A DNA stretch of 64,000 nt from an uncultured Solibacteraceae bacterium (GTDB taxonomy: Bacteria; Acidobacteriota; Terriglobia; Bryobacterales; Bryobacteraceae). The translations under genes were made by a program, and so were the position numbers. The notes under the pieces are model-generated. The model saw nothing but the letters and a program-made list of their open reading frames with translations, searched no databases and was not told the origin of the DNA. Shown here piece by piece: positions 54,297-64,000 of this stretch (its first letter is position 1; every line of letters begins with the position of its first letter). The stretch spans positions 3,909 to 67,908 of the forward strand of contig CAZZHN010000005.1 in NCBI GenBank assembly GCA_964654065.1, read 5' to 3'.

Positions 54297-57200
54297 CTAC
54301 TGGGTGCGGAACGGGGTCTTGGCCTCGTAGAGGGCAATCCTCACCGTGAGGCCGGCAGCCAGGTCCCGGTCGTTTTGTTGCCTGGCGATCGCGAGGGCGT
54401 GCCGGGCCGTTTCGGTGGCTTCGGGAAAGCGTCCGGCCTCGGCATAGGCGGCGGCGAGCGTGTCCAATATCGCCGGCTGCTGGCCTCCGGTCAGCCTGGC
54501 GGCGCGCTCGGCAAGCTCGACTGCTTCGCTGCCGTTGCGGAGCGCCGGGTTCGGATTAGATGCCAGCACCTCCGCGATGCGGTACAAAGCCGGCACATAG
54601 TTCGCGTCCAGATCAATCGCTTTGCGCCACTCTCCCACGGCGTTGGCGATTCTGCCCAACCCTCCATAGGCGACTCCGAGATGGTAGTGGGCGTCCGGGC
54701 TCTCGGGAGCGGTCTGCACCGCCTGTTCCAGGTGAGGGATCGCAGCATCCATCCGGCCGCGCTCCACCAGCGCCGCGCCCAGATTGGTCTGAATCCCCGG
54801 ATCGCCGGGGGCAAGCTGCGCGGCCTTCTCCAGGTGCGGAATGGCTTCGTCCACTTTTCCTGATTGCGCCAGCGCGATGGCCAGGTTGACCATCGCCTGC
54901 ACATCGTCGGGATGGGCTTCCAGCGCGGTCTTGAAATGGGGAATGGCTTCGACGATCCGGCCCTTCTGGGCCAGCGCGGCGCCCAGGTTGCTCTGGAAGC
55001 TCGCATCGGCCGGAGCCAGTTCGGCGGCTTTTTCAAAGTGCGGCAAGGCATCATCCGGCTTACCGGCATTGGCCAGCGCGATGGCCAGATTGGTGTGAGC
55101 TTGCGCGTCCTTCGGATCCAGCACGAGGGCCTTCCGGCAGTGCGCAATGGCATCCTCCAGGAGGCCCTTTTGCGTCAGCGCCGCGCCCAGATTGCTTTCT
55201 ACCGCCTCATCCTTCGGGTTGAGATCGAGCGCCTTATTCAAGAGCGGAATCGCCTCATCCGGCTTTCCGGATTGCGCCAGCGCCACTCCCATATGGCCGT
55301 ACGACTTGGCATAGGCGGGATCGATCTGCTGTGCTTTGCGGTAATGGTCGATGGCTTCCGCGAGGTGGCCGGTGTTGGCCAGCGCCGCGCCCAGATTGTC
55401 CTGGAGCTTGGCGTCATCGGGCCGCAACTGGACGGCTTTCTGGTAATAAGGCACCGAGTCCGCTGGTTTGCCCGTGCGCACCAGCAGCGAAGCCATGGCG
55501 CTGTAGGCATTGGCGTTCACCGGGTTGAGGTCAATGGCCTTCTGATAATGCACCAGAGCGGCATCGGGCTGCCCGGTTTCGGCCAGCGCGGATCCCAGGT
55601 TGATGTGGGCCTTGGCGTCGGAGGGGTCCAGCTCCAGGGCCTTCTTCCATTCCGGAATGGCGGCCTCGTACTGGCGCTTGTTGGACAAAATGAAAGCCGT
55701 ATCAAACTGCTTGTAGAAATCGGTGGCCGGCACGTCGATCTTTTCAATGCCGTTGGGCGCGATGTTGACGAATTCAGGAATGTTGATGGCGCGGTTTGCC
55801 GCTGTCGAATTCTCGATCAGAATGGCTGGGCTTGCGTTGCCATCTTTGTCGAGATGAGTGAGGAACATTTTCGTGTAGGGCGAGCGGCTCTTGGACGAAA
55901 AGACCAGCCAGCGCCCGTTCGGCGAAAAGCTGTGCCACGAGTTCATCAGCGGCGTGTTGCACGCCAGACGTCGCGCCTCGCCGCCCTGCGCGGGCACGAT
56001 GTACAACTGGCTATCTGGCCGCATCAACTGTCCGTTCTTGCACTTCACAAAGACAATCCAGCGGCCGTCGGGCGAAACCTTGGGGAAGGTATTGCTCATG
56101 CCGTTCTCGGAAGCGCCTTCGATCCGCTCCGGCTGCCCACCCTGGCCGTCGTTGAAGGGAATGCGGTAGAGATCGTATTGGATGCGAACCTCGGCAGGGT
56201 CGTTGGCGTACTCGGCAAGCTTACCGTCCGCAGGATCGGGGCTGCGGGCCGCCGCGCGGGCGAACACCAGGTACTTGCCATCCGGGCTCCAGACGCCGTC
56301 GGTCTGCACGTAGCGAGGATCGTCGGCGCCGGGCAGCGGTTGTTCGCGGCCGCTGGCGCGGTCGTACCAGGCCAGGATGCCGGCCGTGGGATAGAAGACC
56401 TGCAGGAAGCGGTAGTCCTTGAAATTGACTACGTAGAAGTTGCTTTGCGTGGGCCGGACGGTCCCGCTGACGGTGGTGACGACGTATTTTCCATCGGGTG
56501 AGACCTGCGACATGAAACCGACGCGGCTCTGGCCGTACTGGCGGTCCGCCGAACGGTTCCAGGAGATCATGTCCTCAGTGCGAATCGACATTTGCGGCTT
56601 GACCGCTGCCAGCGCGTACAGACCTTTGTCGTTCTGCGGCCCATCCAGGTCCATCCCCAGGGTTTTGCCGTCGGCCGAGAAGGAATGGCAATTGGCGCAG
56701 GTGTGCATACCGGTCAGCAGCACACGGCTGCGGGGTTCGGCGATATTGCGCAGGCGCCAGGCGATGAGTGGGATGGCCTGCGGCCCCAGCGGCTTGATGA
56801 TTCCCTTTTCCGTCTCGGAGGGCGCCAGCGGCACGTCGCGATAGAAGATCGGCGCGCCCACCGGATCCTTCGAAGTCTGGAGGGTCACCTGGCCGTGGGA
56901 AAGGGTCTGACCGCCCGCCATGCCGGAGATGGTGACGGTGGCGGTCTGTTCCCCGGAGCGGCGCTTGATGGCTGCCCAGGTTGCGGCAACGGGAGTCCAG
57001 GTGTGCGAAGCGGCCTGTTGCGGCGTAAGTTCGGGCAGCTTGTTGGTGGGCGCGATGCACCGCTCGTCAATTTCGCCAACCTTCATGAATTCGCCTTTTG
57101 ACTGCAGGCGGATGGGCGCTCCCTCGGCGAAGGAAACTTCGATCTGCCACTCCGCAACCCCGGCGGTGGCGTCGCGCCAGAGGAAAGTGGGAGCTGCGAT

Positions 57201-57371
57201 GTCGGGAGGAAACAGGGAATCCGGGCTGGGATAATCGATAGTGAGGCCTTCCGCCTGGGCGGCGGCCGCGGGCGGTCCGTCAGCGGCGCGCTGCGCCAGA
57301 AGCAGGCCGGCCAGGCCACCCGCGGCCAGGGCAAGACCCAGAGCGAGCACACGGGTCGCAGGCCGCTTCAT
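54297..57371 (-). CDS. Large secreted protein: N-terminal domain with CxxCH motif + PD40/TolB-like beta-propeller + about 12 TPR repeats
   Basis: Start ATG 57371 after GGAGG. Signal peptide. HTCANCHS. PD40 units (SPDGKYVV, SPDGKYLVF, SPDGRWIVF, SPNGRWLVF). Long array of 34-aa TPR units (A..Y.KA..L.P.DA.A..NLG.AL). Confidence 0.85.
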   Translation of the reverse strand: MKRPATRVLALGLALAAGGLAGLLLAQRAADGPPAAAAQAEGLTIDYPSPDSLFPPDIAAPTFLWRDATAGVAEWQIEVSFAEGAPIRLQSKGEFMKVGEIDERCIAPTNKLPELTPQQAASHTWTPVAATWAAIKRRSGEQTATVTISGMAGGQTLSHGQVTLQTSKDPVGAPIFYRDVPLAPSETEKGIIKPLGPQAIPLIAWRLRNIAEPRSRVLLTGMHTCANCHSFSADGKTLGMDLDGPQNDKGLYALAAVKPQMSIRTEDMISWNRSADRQYGQSRVGFMSQVSPDGKYVVTTVSGTVRPTQSNFYVVNFKDYRFLQVFYPTAGILAWYDRASGREQPLPGADDPRYVQTDGVWSPDGKYLVFARAAARSPDPADGKLAEYANDPAEVRIQYDLYRIPFNDGQGGQPERIEGASENGMSNTFPKVSPDGRWIVFVKCKNGQLMRPDSQLYIVPAQGGEARRLACNTPLMNSWHSFSPNGRWLVFSSKSRSPYTKMFLTHLDKDGNASPAILIENSTAANRAINIPEFVNIAPNGIEKIDVPATDFYKQFDTAFILSNKRQYEAAIPEWKKALELDPSDAKAHINLGSALAETGQPDAALVHYQKAIDLNPVNANAYSAMASLLVRTGKPADSVPYYQKAVQLRPDDAKLQDNLGAALANTGHLAEAIDHYRKAQQIDPAYAKSYGHMGVALAQSGKPDEAIPLLNKALDLNPKDEAVESNLGAALTQKGLLEDAIAHCRKALVLDPKDAQAHTNLAIALANAGKPDDALPHFEKAAELAPADASFQSNLGAALAQKGRIVEAIPHFKTALEAHPDDVQAMVNLAIALAQSGKVDEAIPHLEKAAQLAPGDPGIQTNLGAALVERGRMDAAIPHLEQAVQTAPESPDAHYHLGVAYGGLGRIANAVGEWRKAIDLDANYVPALYRIAEVLASNPNPALRNGSEAVELAERAARLTGGQQPAILDTLAAAYAEAGRFPEATETARHALAIARQQNDRDLAAGLTVRIALYEAKTPFRTQ

Positions 57372-57510
57372 AGGGACCTCCATTTTTTCCACACTCCCTC
57401 GGATACACCTATCTTACAGGAATCCGGATTTACCCAGCGGGCGCGGTGAAACGGGTTCAGGAATGTAAACGGCAGGGCAGTAGCCCGGGGAAGTGGGCCC
57501 CAAAAAAGAA

Positions 57511-57571
57511 CACCGGCGGCAAGACCGCCGGCGCTACGAAGAGGGTAGCGCCGGGGGCTTGGCCGCCTGTG
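57511..57571. repeat. REP-like doublet (family 2), head-to-head
   Basis: Minus strand of 57511-57537 reads GTAGCGCCGGCGGTCTTGCCGCCGGTG. Plus strand 57545-57571 reads GTAGCGCCGGGGGCTTGGCCGCCTGTG (a degenerate copy). The two are 7 nt apart. Confidence 0.55.
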
Positions 57572-57587
57572 CATTCTTGCAAAATCC

Positions 57588-58517
57588 CTAGTGGGCGTGC
57601 GTGTGGTGCTGCGCGCCGGCTTTCGACTGCAGCAGTTCCTGGAACTGCGCAGAGGGCAGCGTCAGCGCAATATTGACCGTGGCGCCGTTGGCACTGACGG
57701 TCAGCGCTTTGGCCAGCGCCTGGACCTGCGGCTCGTCGGAAGCTTTCATCTGCGCCAGATTCACCAGCAACTGGATCAGGCTGGCGATGCTGGTGGCATC
57801 CTGAGCGGTGGAGGCCTGGGCCTGCGCGGTCATCACCACGTTGGCTCCGAACTTGATGCCGGCGCTGCCGGACTGGACGGTTCCCAAGATGTTCCCGGCG
57901 CCATTGCCGACCCCGGGGACGGCGGGGGCGCCGGCGGCGGGCTTCAAACTGGAGGGCGGCACCGTGGTAAGCCCCCAAGCGTCATTCGCGGCGCTCAACT
58001 GGCCGACCTCGACCAGCAGGGAGGCAGGCAGAATGGAAGGAGCCGAGACGCGATCAATGGCGGCCTTCAAGTTCGTCACATCGCCGGCAGCCGCGATCGA
58101 GTTGCTCAAGAACGCAAGGCCCGCGTCCTTTTCCTTGTTCTCAAAGATGGTGACGCCGTGATAGGTTTCGGTGACCACTTTTTGCAGGGCGATCACTCCG
58201 CTGATGGCGGCAACATTGAAGTTGCCGTTAGCCAGCGCGAGGCCGGCATGCTGCCCCGCGCCGTTGCCGGCGACTAACAGTTCGTTGACGTCCTTGGTCG
58301 GGTCGAATCCGGTGAGCGTGGCGAGCTGCTGGAGCTGTTGTGTCTCTACCTGCAGCAAGACATACTGGCCAAACGGCGAAGTCCTGGCTTGCGCCACGTT
58401 GATATCGGCCATCACCTTAACGTCGGGCATGACCAGGTTGAGCAGTTGTGGATCGGCGGCCGGCAGCACGCCGCAGAAAAGGGCCGCAAAAGCGGCGGAA
58501 GTGACTAGAGCCTTCAT
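57588..58517 (-). CDS. Secreted hypothetical protein with His-rich C-terminus
   Basis: Signal peptide MKALVTSAAFAALFCGVLPA. 309 aa, Ala/Gly/Gln-rich, ending HHTHAH. No recognised family. Confidence 0.6.
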   Translation of the reverse strand: MKALVTSAAFAALFCGVLPAADPQLLNLVMPDVKVMADINVAQARTSPFGQYVLLQVETQQLQQLATLTGFDPTKDVNELLVAGNGAGQHAGLALANGNFNVAAISGVIALQKVVTETYHGVTIFENKEKDAGLAFLSNSIAAAGDVTNLKAAIDRVSAPSILPASLLVEVGQLSAANDAWGLTTVPPSSLKPAAGAPAVPGVGNGAGNILGTVQSGSAGIKFGANVVMTAQAQASTAQDATSIASLIQLLVNLAQMKASDEPQVQALAKALTVSANGATVNIALTLPSAQFQELLQSKAGAQHHTHAH

Positions 58518-58595
58518 ACCAGTTTGGACGCAGCGGTTGCCCGATTATTAACCGCCAGTGGGCAAGACCGCAAGCGTACCCCCATTTGAGCCAGA

Positions 58596-59729
58596 TCAGT
58601 GCCCGATCGGCACCTGGTCAACGATCTCGATACCGAAGCCCTCCAGGGCGACGATCTTGCGCGGGTGATTGGTCAGCAGGCGAATGGTGTGCAGGCCGAG
58701 ATCGGACAGGATCTGCGCCCCGATGCCATGCTCGTGCTGGAGCTGGCGCTGGCCGGCGTCGCCCTGGTAATGCGAGAACTCGCGATTGTGGGATAGCATG
58801 CGCGCCGGCCCGGCCGGGGAATCTTCGGTGCGGAAGCCTGGCCCGGTTTCGTGCAGATAGACCAGCACGCCGTGGCCTTCGCGCGCGATGGCCTGGAGAG
58901 AGCAGCGAACCAGGCGGCCGCAATCGCAGGACGTGGAGCCGAAAACGTCGCCATAGAGGCAGCGGGCATGCATGCGGACGAGGACGCCTTCGCGGCCGGC
59001 CAGTTCGCCGCGCACCAGCGCCAGGTGGTACTCGGGATTGAGGTCGCTGGTGTAGGCGACGGTTCGAAACGGGCCGAACTCGGTTTCGATGGAGCCTTCC
59101 GCCACACGCCGCAGGAAGCGTTCGGTGCGCATCCGGTGGCGAATCAGGTCGGCCACCGAAATCATCTTCAGGCCATGGGCGGCGCAGAATTCCCGGAGCT
59201 GCGGCACGCGCGCCATGGTGCCGTCGGCGTTCATGATCTCGCAGATCACGCCGGCTGGTGACAGGCCGGCCATACGCCCCAGGTCCACCGAGGCCTCGGT
59301 CTGACCGGCGCGGACCAGCACGCCGCCGTCGCGCGCGCGGAGGGGGAAGACGTGGCCGGGGCGGGCGAGGTCACCCGGACGGCACGCCGGGTCGATCGCC
59401 TTCAAAATCGTCTTGGTGCGGTCGGCGGCGGAAATCCCGGTGGTGACGCCGTCGCGGGCGTCGATCGACTCACAAAACGCGGTGCCGAAGTTGGAGGTGT
59501 TGAGCGGGCTCATCAGCGGCAGGCGCAACTGGTCGCAGCGTTCGCCGGTGAGCGCCAGGCAGACCAGGCCGCGGCCGTAGGTGGCCATGAAGTTGACGAT
59601 CTCCGGCGTAATTTTCTCGGCGGCAAGGGTGAGGTCGCCTTCGTTTTCGCGGTCTTCGTCGTCCACCACCACCAGGAGGCGGCCCGCACGCACTTCTTCA
59701 AGCGCATCCGGGATCGAGACAAACGGCAT
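58596..59729 (-). CDS. ribBA: Bifunctional 3,4-dihydroxy-2-butanone-4-phosphate synthase / GTP cyclohydrolase II
   Basis: [21 protein letters not shown] and RAGQTEA (RibB half). [20 protein letters not shown] and LLTNHPRK (RibA half). Confidence 0.9.
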   Translation of the reverse strand: MPFVSIPDALEEVRAGRLLVVVDDEDRENEGDLTLAAEKITPEIVNFMATYGRGLVCLALTGERCDQLRLPLMSPLNTSNFGTAFCESIDARDGVTTGISAADRTKTILKAIDPACRPGDLARPGHVFPLRARDGGVLVRAGQTEASVDLGRMAGLSPAGVICEIMNADGTMARVPQLREFCAAHGLKMISVADLIRHRMRTERFLRRVAEGSIETEFGPFRTVAYTSDLNPEYHLALVRGELAGREGVLVRMHARCLYGDVFGSTSCDCGRLVRCSLQAIAREGHGVLVYLHETGPGFRTEDSPAGPARMLSHNREFSHYQGDAGQRQLQHEHGIGAQILSDLGLHTIRLLTNHPRKIVALEGFGIEIVDQVPIGH

Positions 59730-59769
59730 GATTCATTGTAGCTGGAGGGTGTTGGATCGCCGGTTCGAG

Positions 59770-62418
59770 CTATTCGTAGCGCAGGGCTACCACGGGCGAA
59801 ATGCGGGTGGAGCGCAGCGCAGGAAGGAAGGTGGCGAGCAGAACGACGATCAGGATGGCGGCCGGCGCCGAGAGGAATGTCCACGGGTCGGTTACGTCAA
59901 TGCCGAAGAGCATCGTCCTTAAGAGACGCGTCAGCCCGAAAGCTCCGGCGAGGCCGAGCACGATTCCGATGGCGGCCAGCGTTGCGCCCTGGCGGACCAC
60001 CATGCGCACCACGGCGGCCCGATCCGCCCCCAACGCCATGCGCACGCCGATTTCATGCGTACGCTGCGCCACCGAGTAAGCAATCAGCCCGTAAATGCCC
60101 ACCGCGGCCAGCAACAGCGCAATTCCCGCGAACAGAGCCAGCAGCATGGTGTCGAAACGCGGTTGCGAGACGGAAACCTGCAATGCCTGCTGCATGGTGC
60201 TGACTTGCGCCAGGGTGATCCCAGGATCAATGGATTGAATTTCGCGGCGCAGCGCCGGCGCCAGGCGGGTGGCGTCGCCGGAGGAGCGCACCACCAGAAA
60301 CATGCGCGCGCCGTAGTTTTGCGCGAAAGGCATGTAGTAGGCCGGATCCGTGTCGACCGTCAAGCCGAGGTATTTGACATTGCCGACTACACCGACAATC
60401 TCCAGCCAGTTGTTGCCGAACCCCGGCCCGCTTTGCCGGATGCGCTTGCCGATCGGCTGCTGATTGTTCAGGAACCGGCGCACAAAGCCCTCGCTGACGA
60501 TCGCCACCGGCGCCGCATCCTGCGTGTCGTGGCTGGAAAAAGACCGGCCCTTGAGGAGCGGGATGCCGAGCGCATGGAAGAACTCCGGATCCGCCGTGAC
60601 ATCGGAAATAATGGGGTCGATGTCTCCGGGCGACAGGGTCTGCCCTTCGATGGCGAAGGTGTCCGCGTCTCCCTGCCGGTCAGGGGGCAGCGAGTCGGTG
60701 AGGGCGGCCGCCTCCACGCCGGGCACGCTGCGGGCGTGGCGGAGCACCTCCTGGTAGAAGGCGAGCCCGGCAGTGGTGTCGTTGTATTTCCGGTTGCCGG
60801 GCGAAATCAGGATGGTCAGTATCCGCTCCGGAGCCACCGTGAATCCGCCGCTTACCCCCTGCAGCTTCACGAAGCTGCGGAGCAGCAGCCCGGCGCCGAC
60901 CAGGAGCATTAAAGAAACCGCGATCTCAGCCACTACCAGGGCCGAGCGCACGCGCCGGCGCGCACGGCTGGCAGCGGCGGAGCGTCCGCCTTCTTTGATG
61001 GTTGCGTTCAGGTCGGCGCGGGCGCTTTCGCGAGCCGGCGCCAGTCCGAACAGGATGCCGGTGAGCATGGAGAGGAACACCATGAAGGCTAATGCGGCGC
61101 CATCCAGGCGCACGGAATCGATGAGGGGCAAATCACCCGGATTCCAGACGCGGATGAGTTCAATGCCGCCCCATGCCAGCGCCAGCCCGGCAGCGCCGCC
61201 CATCAAACCCAGCAGCACGCTTTCGGTGAGCAACTGACGCACCAGGCGGCCACGGCTGGCGCCGAGAGAGAGGCGCAGCGCCATCTCGCGCTCGCGCACG
61301 GTGGCCCGGGCCAGCATGAGGTTGGCGACGTTGACCACCGCGATCAGCAGCACCAGGCCTACGGCGCCGGCCAAGACCAGGATGGCGGGTTTGAGCGTGA
61401 CTCCCAGAACCGCATCGCGCAATCCGAGAACGGCCAGCGTCAGCCGCTTGTAGAAAGGGTTCTGCTGCATCATGCGCAGCCCGATGTGGTTGAGCTCACT
61501 CTGCGCCTGCTGCATGGCGACGCCCGGATTCAGGCGCGCTACGCCGCGATAGAACCACGGGCCGTACCGCGTCGGAGGAACCAGCGTCAGGTTGGTCCAG
61601 ACTTCGGTGTCGCGCCGGGGGAACCGGAGCGCGGTGGGCATGACGCCGATCACCGTAGCCGGCGACCCGTTCACCAGGATGGTCTGGCCCAGCACGGCGG
61701 AGCTGGCCCCGAAACGCCTCCGCCAGATCGACTCGCTGAGCAGGGCCAGCGAGGCAGCCGTAGGCCGGTCTTCGTCTGCCGCCAATGTGCGGCCGATCAG
61801 AGCGGGCACTCCCAGGGTGGAAAAGAAACCCGCGGTTACCTTGGCTCCCTGTACCTGCTCCGGCACGCCCTCGTGCCCGCCGATATCCATCCGCAGGCTT
61901 TGAAAGAGCGAAGGGTTCTGGAAGGCGTGATTATTATCCTTCCACATGAGGTAGTCGCGCATGCACATGGTGCCGAAGGCAAAATCCCGCGGAAAGTAGC
62001 GCATGTAGACAACCGCCAGGCGATCGGCGTCGGCATAGGGCAAGGGCCGCAGCAGTATGCCGTAAGCCACGCTGAACATCGCGGTATTGGCGCCGATGCC
62101 CAGCGCCAGCGCGAGCACCGCGACCACCGCGAACGCAGGATTCTTCAGCAGCGTCCGGGCGCCATGGCGAAGGTCTTGCAAAAACTCTTCCAGCATTCGA
62201 CCGCTCCTCACTTGCCGGACTTCCTCTTTCACCTGTTCCATGCCGCCGAAATCGATGCCCGCCGCGCGGAGGGCGTCCGGCGCGCTCATGCCGCCGCGGC
62301 GCTTCTCGTCGGTCAACTCGTCCAGGCAGGCGTGCAGCTCGTCGTCGAGGTCCCTTTCGACACGGGGCCGCGCGAACAGGTTGCGCCCGAAGCTGGCGAG
62401 GCGGCTCAGTACCGGCAT
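59770..62418 (-). CDS. ADOP-family duplicated FtsX/MacB-type permease (copy 2)
   Basis: Start ATG 62418 ([30 protein letters not shown]...), 14 nt after the padR-2 stop. Two MacB_PCD + FtsX halves. 882 aa. Confidence 0.85.
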   Translation of the reverse strand: MPVLSRLASFGRNLFARPRVERDLDDELHACLDELTDEKRRGGMSAPDALRAAGIDFGGMEQVKEEVRQVRSGRMLEEFLQDLRHGARTLLKNPAFAVVAVLALALGIGANTAMFSVAYGILLRPLPYADADRLAVVYMRYFPRDFAFGTMCMRDYLMWKDNNHAFQNPSLFQSLRMDIGGHEGVPEQVQGAKVTAGFFSTLGVPALIGRTLAADEDRPTAASLALLSESIWRRRFGASSAVLGQTILVNGSPATVIGVMPTALRFPRRDTEVWTNLTLVPPTRYGPWFYRGVARLNPGVAMQQAQSELNHIGLRMMQQNPFYKRLTLAVLGLRDAVLGVTLKPAILVLAGAVGLVLLIAVVNVANLMLARATVREREMALRLSLGASRGRLVRQLLTESVLLGLMGGAAGLALAWGGIELIRVWNPGDLPLIDSVRLDGAALAFMVFLSMLTGILFGLAPARESARADLNATIKEGGRSAAASRARRRVRSALVVAEIAVSLMLLVGAGLLLRSFVKLQGVSGGFTVAPERILTILISPGNRKYNDTTAGLAFYQEVLRHARSVPGVEAAALTDSLPPDRQGDADTFAIEGQTLSPGDIDPIISDVTADPEFFHALGIPLLKGRSFSSHDTQDAAPVAIVSEGFVRRFLNNQQPIGKRIRQSGPGFGNNWLEIVGVVGNVKYLGLTVDTDPAYYMPFAQNYGARMFLVVRSSGDATRLAPALRREIQSIDPGITLAQVSTMQQALQVSVSQPRFDTMLLALFAGIALLLAAVGIYGLIAYSVAQRTHEIGVRMALGADRAAVVRMVVRQGATLAAIGIVLGLAGAFGLTRLLRTMLFGIDVTDPWTFLSAPAAILIVVLLATFLPALRSTRISPVVALRYE

Positions 62419-62432
62419 AATAGAAGCTCCAT

Positions 62433-62759
62433 TCAGCTTGCCTGCAGCGCACTGGCGATGGCCAGCGCGATGGTCTCCCACTGCTCGGTTTCACTCTTCA
62501 GCTGCCGCCGGCCAGCCGCAGTGAGCCGATAAAACCTGGCCCGCCGGTTGTTTTCGGACTCTCCCCAGGCAGCAGAAAGCCAGCCGGCCTCCTCCATGCG
62601 GTGCAGGGCGGGAAACAGGGAGCCTGGTTTCACCTGGAACGTGCCGCCTGTCATCTGCGCGATGCGATGGGAGATGGCGAGCCCGTGCATTTCGGTGAGC
62701 GCCAGCGCCTTGAGAATCAGGAGATCCAGGGTTCCTTGCAAGAGATTGGTAGCCGGCAT
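62433..62759 (-). CDS. PadR-family transcriptional regulator (copy 2)
   Basis: LLILKALALTEMHGLAI...PGSLFPALHRMEEAGWL...RRARFYRLTAAGR. 108 aa. Confidence 0.9.
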   Translation of the reverse strand: MPATNLLQGTLDLLILKALALTEMHGLAISHRIAQMTGGTFQVKPGSLFPALHRMEEAGWLSAAWGESENNRRARFYRLTAAGRRQLKSETEQWETIALAIASALQAS

Positions 62760-62760
62760 G

Positions 62761-62783
62761 TTCGTATAGAGAGTCTATACGAA
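62761..62783. promoter_or_regulatory. Perfect inverted repeat TTCGTATAGA-gag-TCTATACGAA, 1 nt upstream of the padR-2 start codon (candidate PadR operator)
   Basis: 10-bp arms with a 3-nt spacer. The right arm contains the putative -10. Confidence 0.5.
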
Positions 62784-62801
62784 TCTCATACAGAATGTCA
62801 A
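62774..62801 (-). promoter_or_regulatory. Candidate padR-2 promoter TTGACA-16 nt-TATAGA, giving a near-leaderless mRNA
   Basis: Minus strand reads TTGACA (62801-62796) and TATAGA (62779-62774). Only 14 nt separate the -10 from the ATG, and there is no SD sequence. Confidence 0.45.
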
Positions 62802-62891
62802 TAGGAGTGGGAAGGGGCTGCGGACGGGCACAACCGGCAGGCGTGGGCTAAGATGAAAGTTCGGGACGGAACGGTCCCGGTTCAGCGATTC

Positions 62892-63773
62892 ATGTCACAG
62901 TTTCTACGACACTTGCCGGCGCTGCCGGAGCTGGATGCGATCGGCGCCATCGACATCCTGGTGGTGGCGTTCCTGGTCTACCAGTGCCTGATGGTGGTGC
63001 GCGGCACGCGCGCGGCGCCCATCCTGCTGGGCATCGTAGTGATCGTCTGCCTTTACCTGGTTGCGGTGTGGGCAGGCCTGGAGGCGCTGCATTCCGTTCT
63101 GTCGCTGATTGTTCCCTACATCGGCCTGGCGGTGATCGTGCTTTTCCAGTCCGAAATCCGGCGCACCCTGGCGCGTCTCGGCCGCCGGCGGCTGTTCGGG
63201 CTGGCAGGAGGATTTCGCGCGCCGGAAGCAGCCAGCGAGATTTTGATGGCGGTGGAGCAGTTGGCGCAGCAAAAGACTGGTGCACTGATCGTGCTGGAGC
63301 GCGATATCGGCCTGCGCACGTTCATCGAAAGCGGCGTGCGGCTGGAGTCGTTCATCTCGCGCGACCTGCTGCTCAGCATTTTTCAACCAGGCCTGCCGCT
63401 GCACGACGGCGCAGTGATCATCCAGAAGGACCGTGTGGCAGCGGCGGCCTGCTTCCTCCCGCTCACCATCAATCCAACCCTGTCGCGCAAGCTGGGCACG
63501 CGCCACCGCGCCGCCATCGGCATCACGGAAGAGACCGATTGCTTGTCGCTGGTGGTCTCCGAGGAGACCGGCCGCATCTCGGTGGCCGCGTTTGGCGAAC
63601 TGATCCAGGGCCTCTCGGTGCCGGACGTCCTCGAACGGATTCACCGGCACTTCGGCGTGGAGCGGCCTTCGCCGATGCAGATCGACGAGTTTGCGGCGGA
63701 CATCCCGCTGGCGTTTAAGAGCGATGCGCCCCCGCCGGCAGGGCCGGTGCAGGAAAGGGCCGGCCACTCATGA
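62892..63773 (+). CDS. cdaA: Diadenylate cyclase CdaA (DisA_N domain, membrane-anchored)
   Basis: N-terminal TM helices. DAC motifs GALIVLERD, PLHDGAVII, LGTRHRAAIGITEETD, VVSEETGRISVA. ORF-track start 62853 is the alternative. Confidence 0.85.
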   Translation: MSQFLRHLPALPELDAIGAIDILVVAFLVYQCLMVVRGTRAAPILLGIVVIVCLYLVAVWAGLEALHSVLSLIVPYIGLAVIVLFQSEIRRTLARLGRRRLFGLAGGFRAPEAASEILMAVEQLAQQKTGALIVLERDIGLRTFIESGVRLESFISRDLLLSIFQPGLPLHDGAVIIQKDRVAAAACFLPLTINPTLSRKLGTRHRAAIGITEETDCLSLVVSEETGRISVAAFGELIQGLSVPDVLERIHRHFGVERPSPMQIDEFAADIPLAFKSDAPPPAGPVQERAGHS

Positions 63774-64000
63774 AGACGGTCCAGTGGGTCGGCCGGCTGG
63801 TCAGCAACAATTTCTGGTGGAAAGTGTTGGCGGTGGGCATCGCCATTCTGATTTGGGTTCTGGTGGCAAGCGAGCCGGAGCTCTCCACGTTTGCCACCGC
63901 GCACCTGGAATACAAGAACCTGCCGGATGAGCTGGAGATCAGCTCGGAGCCGGTAACGCAAGTCGTGCTCGAATTGCGGGGCCCCTCCGGAGAGCTGCGC
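63770..64000 (+). CDS. cdaR: CdaR/YbbR-like regulator of CdaA, 5' part (runs off the right edge)
   Basis: ATGA overlap with cdaA. Own translation: MKTVQWVGRLVSNNFWWKVLAVGIAILIWVLVASEPELSTFATAHLEYKNLPDELEISSEPVTQVVLELRGPSGELR (TM anchor + YbbR-like beta segment). Confidence 0.6.
   Translation, partial: MKTVQWVGRLVSNNFWWKVLAVGIAILIWVLVASEPELSTFATAHLEYKNLPDELEISSEPVTQVVLELRGPSGELR

Noticed and set aside
59730-59769. FMN riboswitch upstream of ribBA.
   Set aside because: Only 40 nt separate the ribBA start from the preceding gene end. That is far too short for an FMN aptamer, and no conserved FMN-element sequence is seen.
1-64000. tRNA, rRNA or tmRNA genes.
   Set aside because: Scanning the intergenic regions (all under 280 nt) revealed no cloverleaf-compatible segments or rRNA-like conserved stretches. 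A covariance-model scan would be needed to be certain.

Overview
High-GC (about two-thirds G+C by eye) chromosomal segment, gene-dense on both strands. It is most likely from an Acidobacteriota genome. The evidence for that is two PadR + ADOP-type duplicated FtsX permease modules, BNR/SBBP-repeat, CRTAC1/FG-GAP and PD40+TPR giant secreted proteins, and many Tat/Sec signal peptides. I support about 55 protein genes and found no rRNA, tRNA or CRISPR array. Most long ORFs lying antisense to real genes are GC-driven shadow ORFs.

Housekeeping content: pit/DUF47, ttcA, amiC-like amidase + lytic transglycosylase, mobA, rsmB, rpe, bamD, yajQ, tdk, yebC, ruvC, ribBA, cdaA-cdaR.

Observations worth a second look:
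1. 30.87-37.13 kb: a translationally coupled six-gene operon encoding alpha/beta hydrolase, DapDC-fold protein, propeller-like unknown, SAM methyltransferase, ANL adenylating ligase and a stand-alone carrier protein. The parts list resembles the uncharacterised exosortase-A-associated ligase/decarboxylase/hydrolase/ACP cassette and carrier-tethered decarboxylation in butirosin biosynthesis. It has no known context here. The decarboxylase homolog has lost its Schiff-base Lys and its Cys/Glu catalytic motif.
2. 40155-41516: a sulfite-oxidase-family Mo enzyme fused to a c-type cytochrome domain, interrupted by one in-frame TGA exactly where the family has a conserved Trp.
3. 41617-43348: a low-GC islet carrying a methyltransferase and a RAYT/IS200-like Y1 transposase, bounded by 54-nt direct repeats with an inverted copy in between.
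4. Two further families of GTAG + GC-hairpin REP-like elements. One of them occurs as inverted doublets (REPIN-like).
5. Two PadR-ADOP loci with clear promoter/operator architecture. One has an extra secreted 250-aa protein inserted.
6. Several unusual domain fusions: beta-lactamase-fold + NamZ/DUF1343, parvulin-like + CRTAC1, CusF-like + SCO, GT2 + methyltransferase.

All calls come from reading the sequence and the ORF track and recognising motifs. No database search was run.
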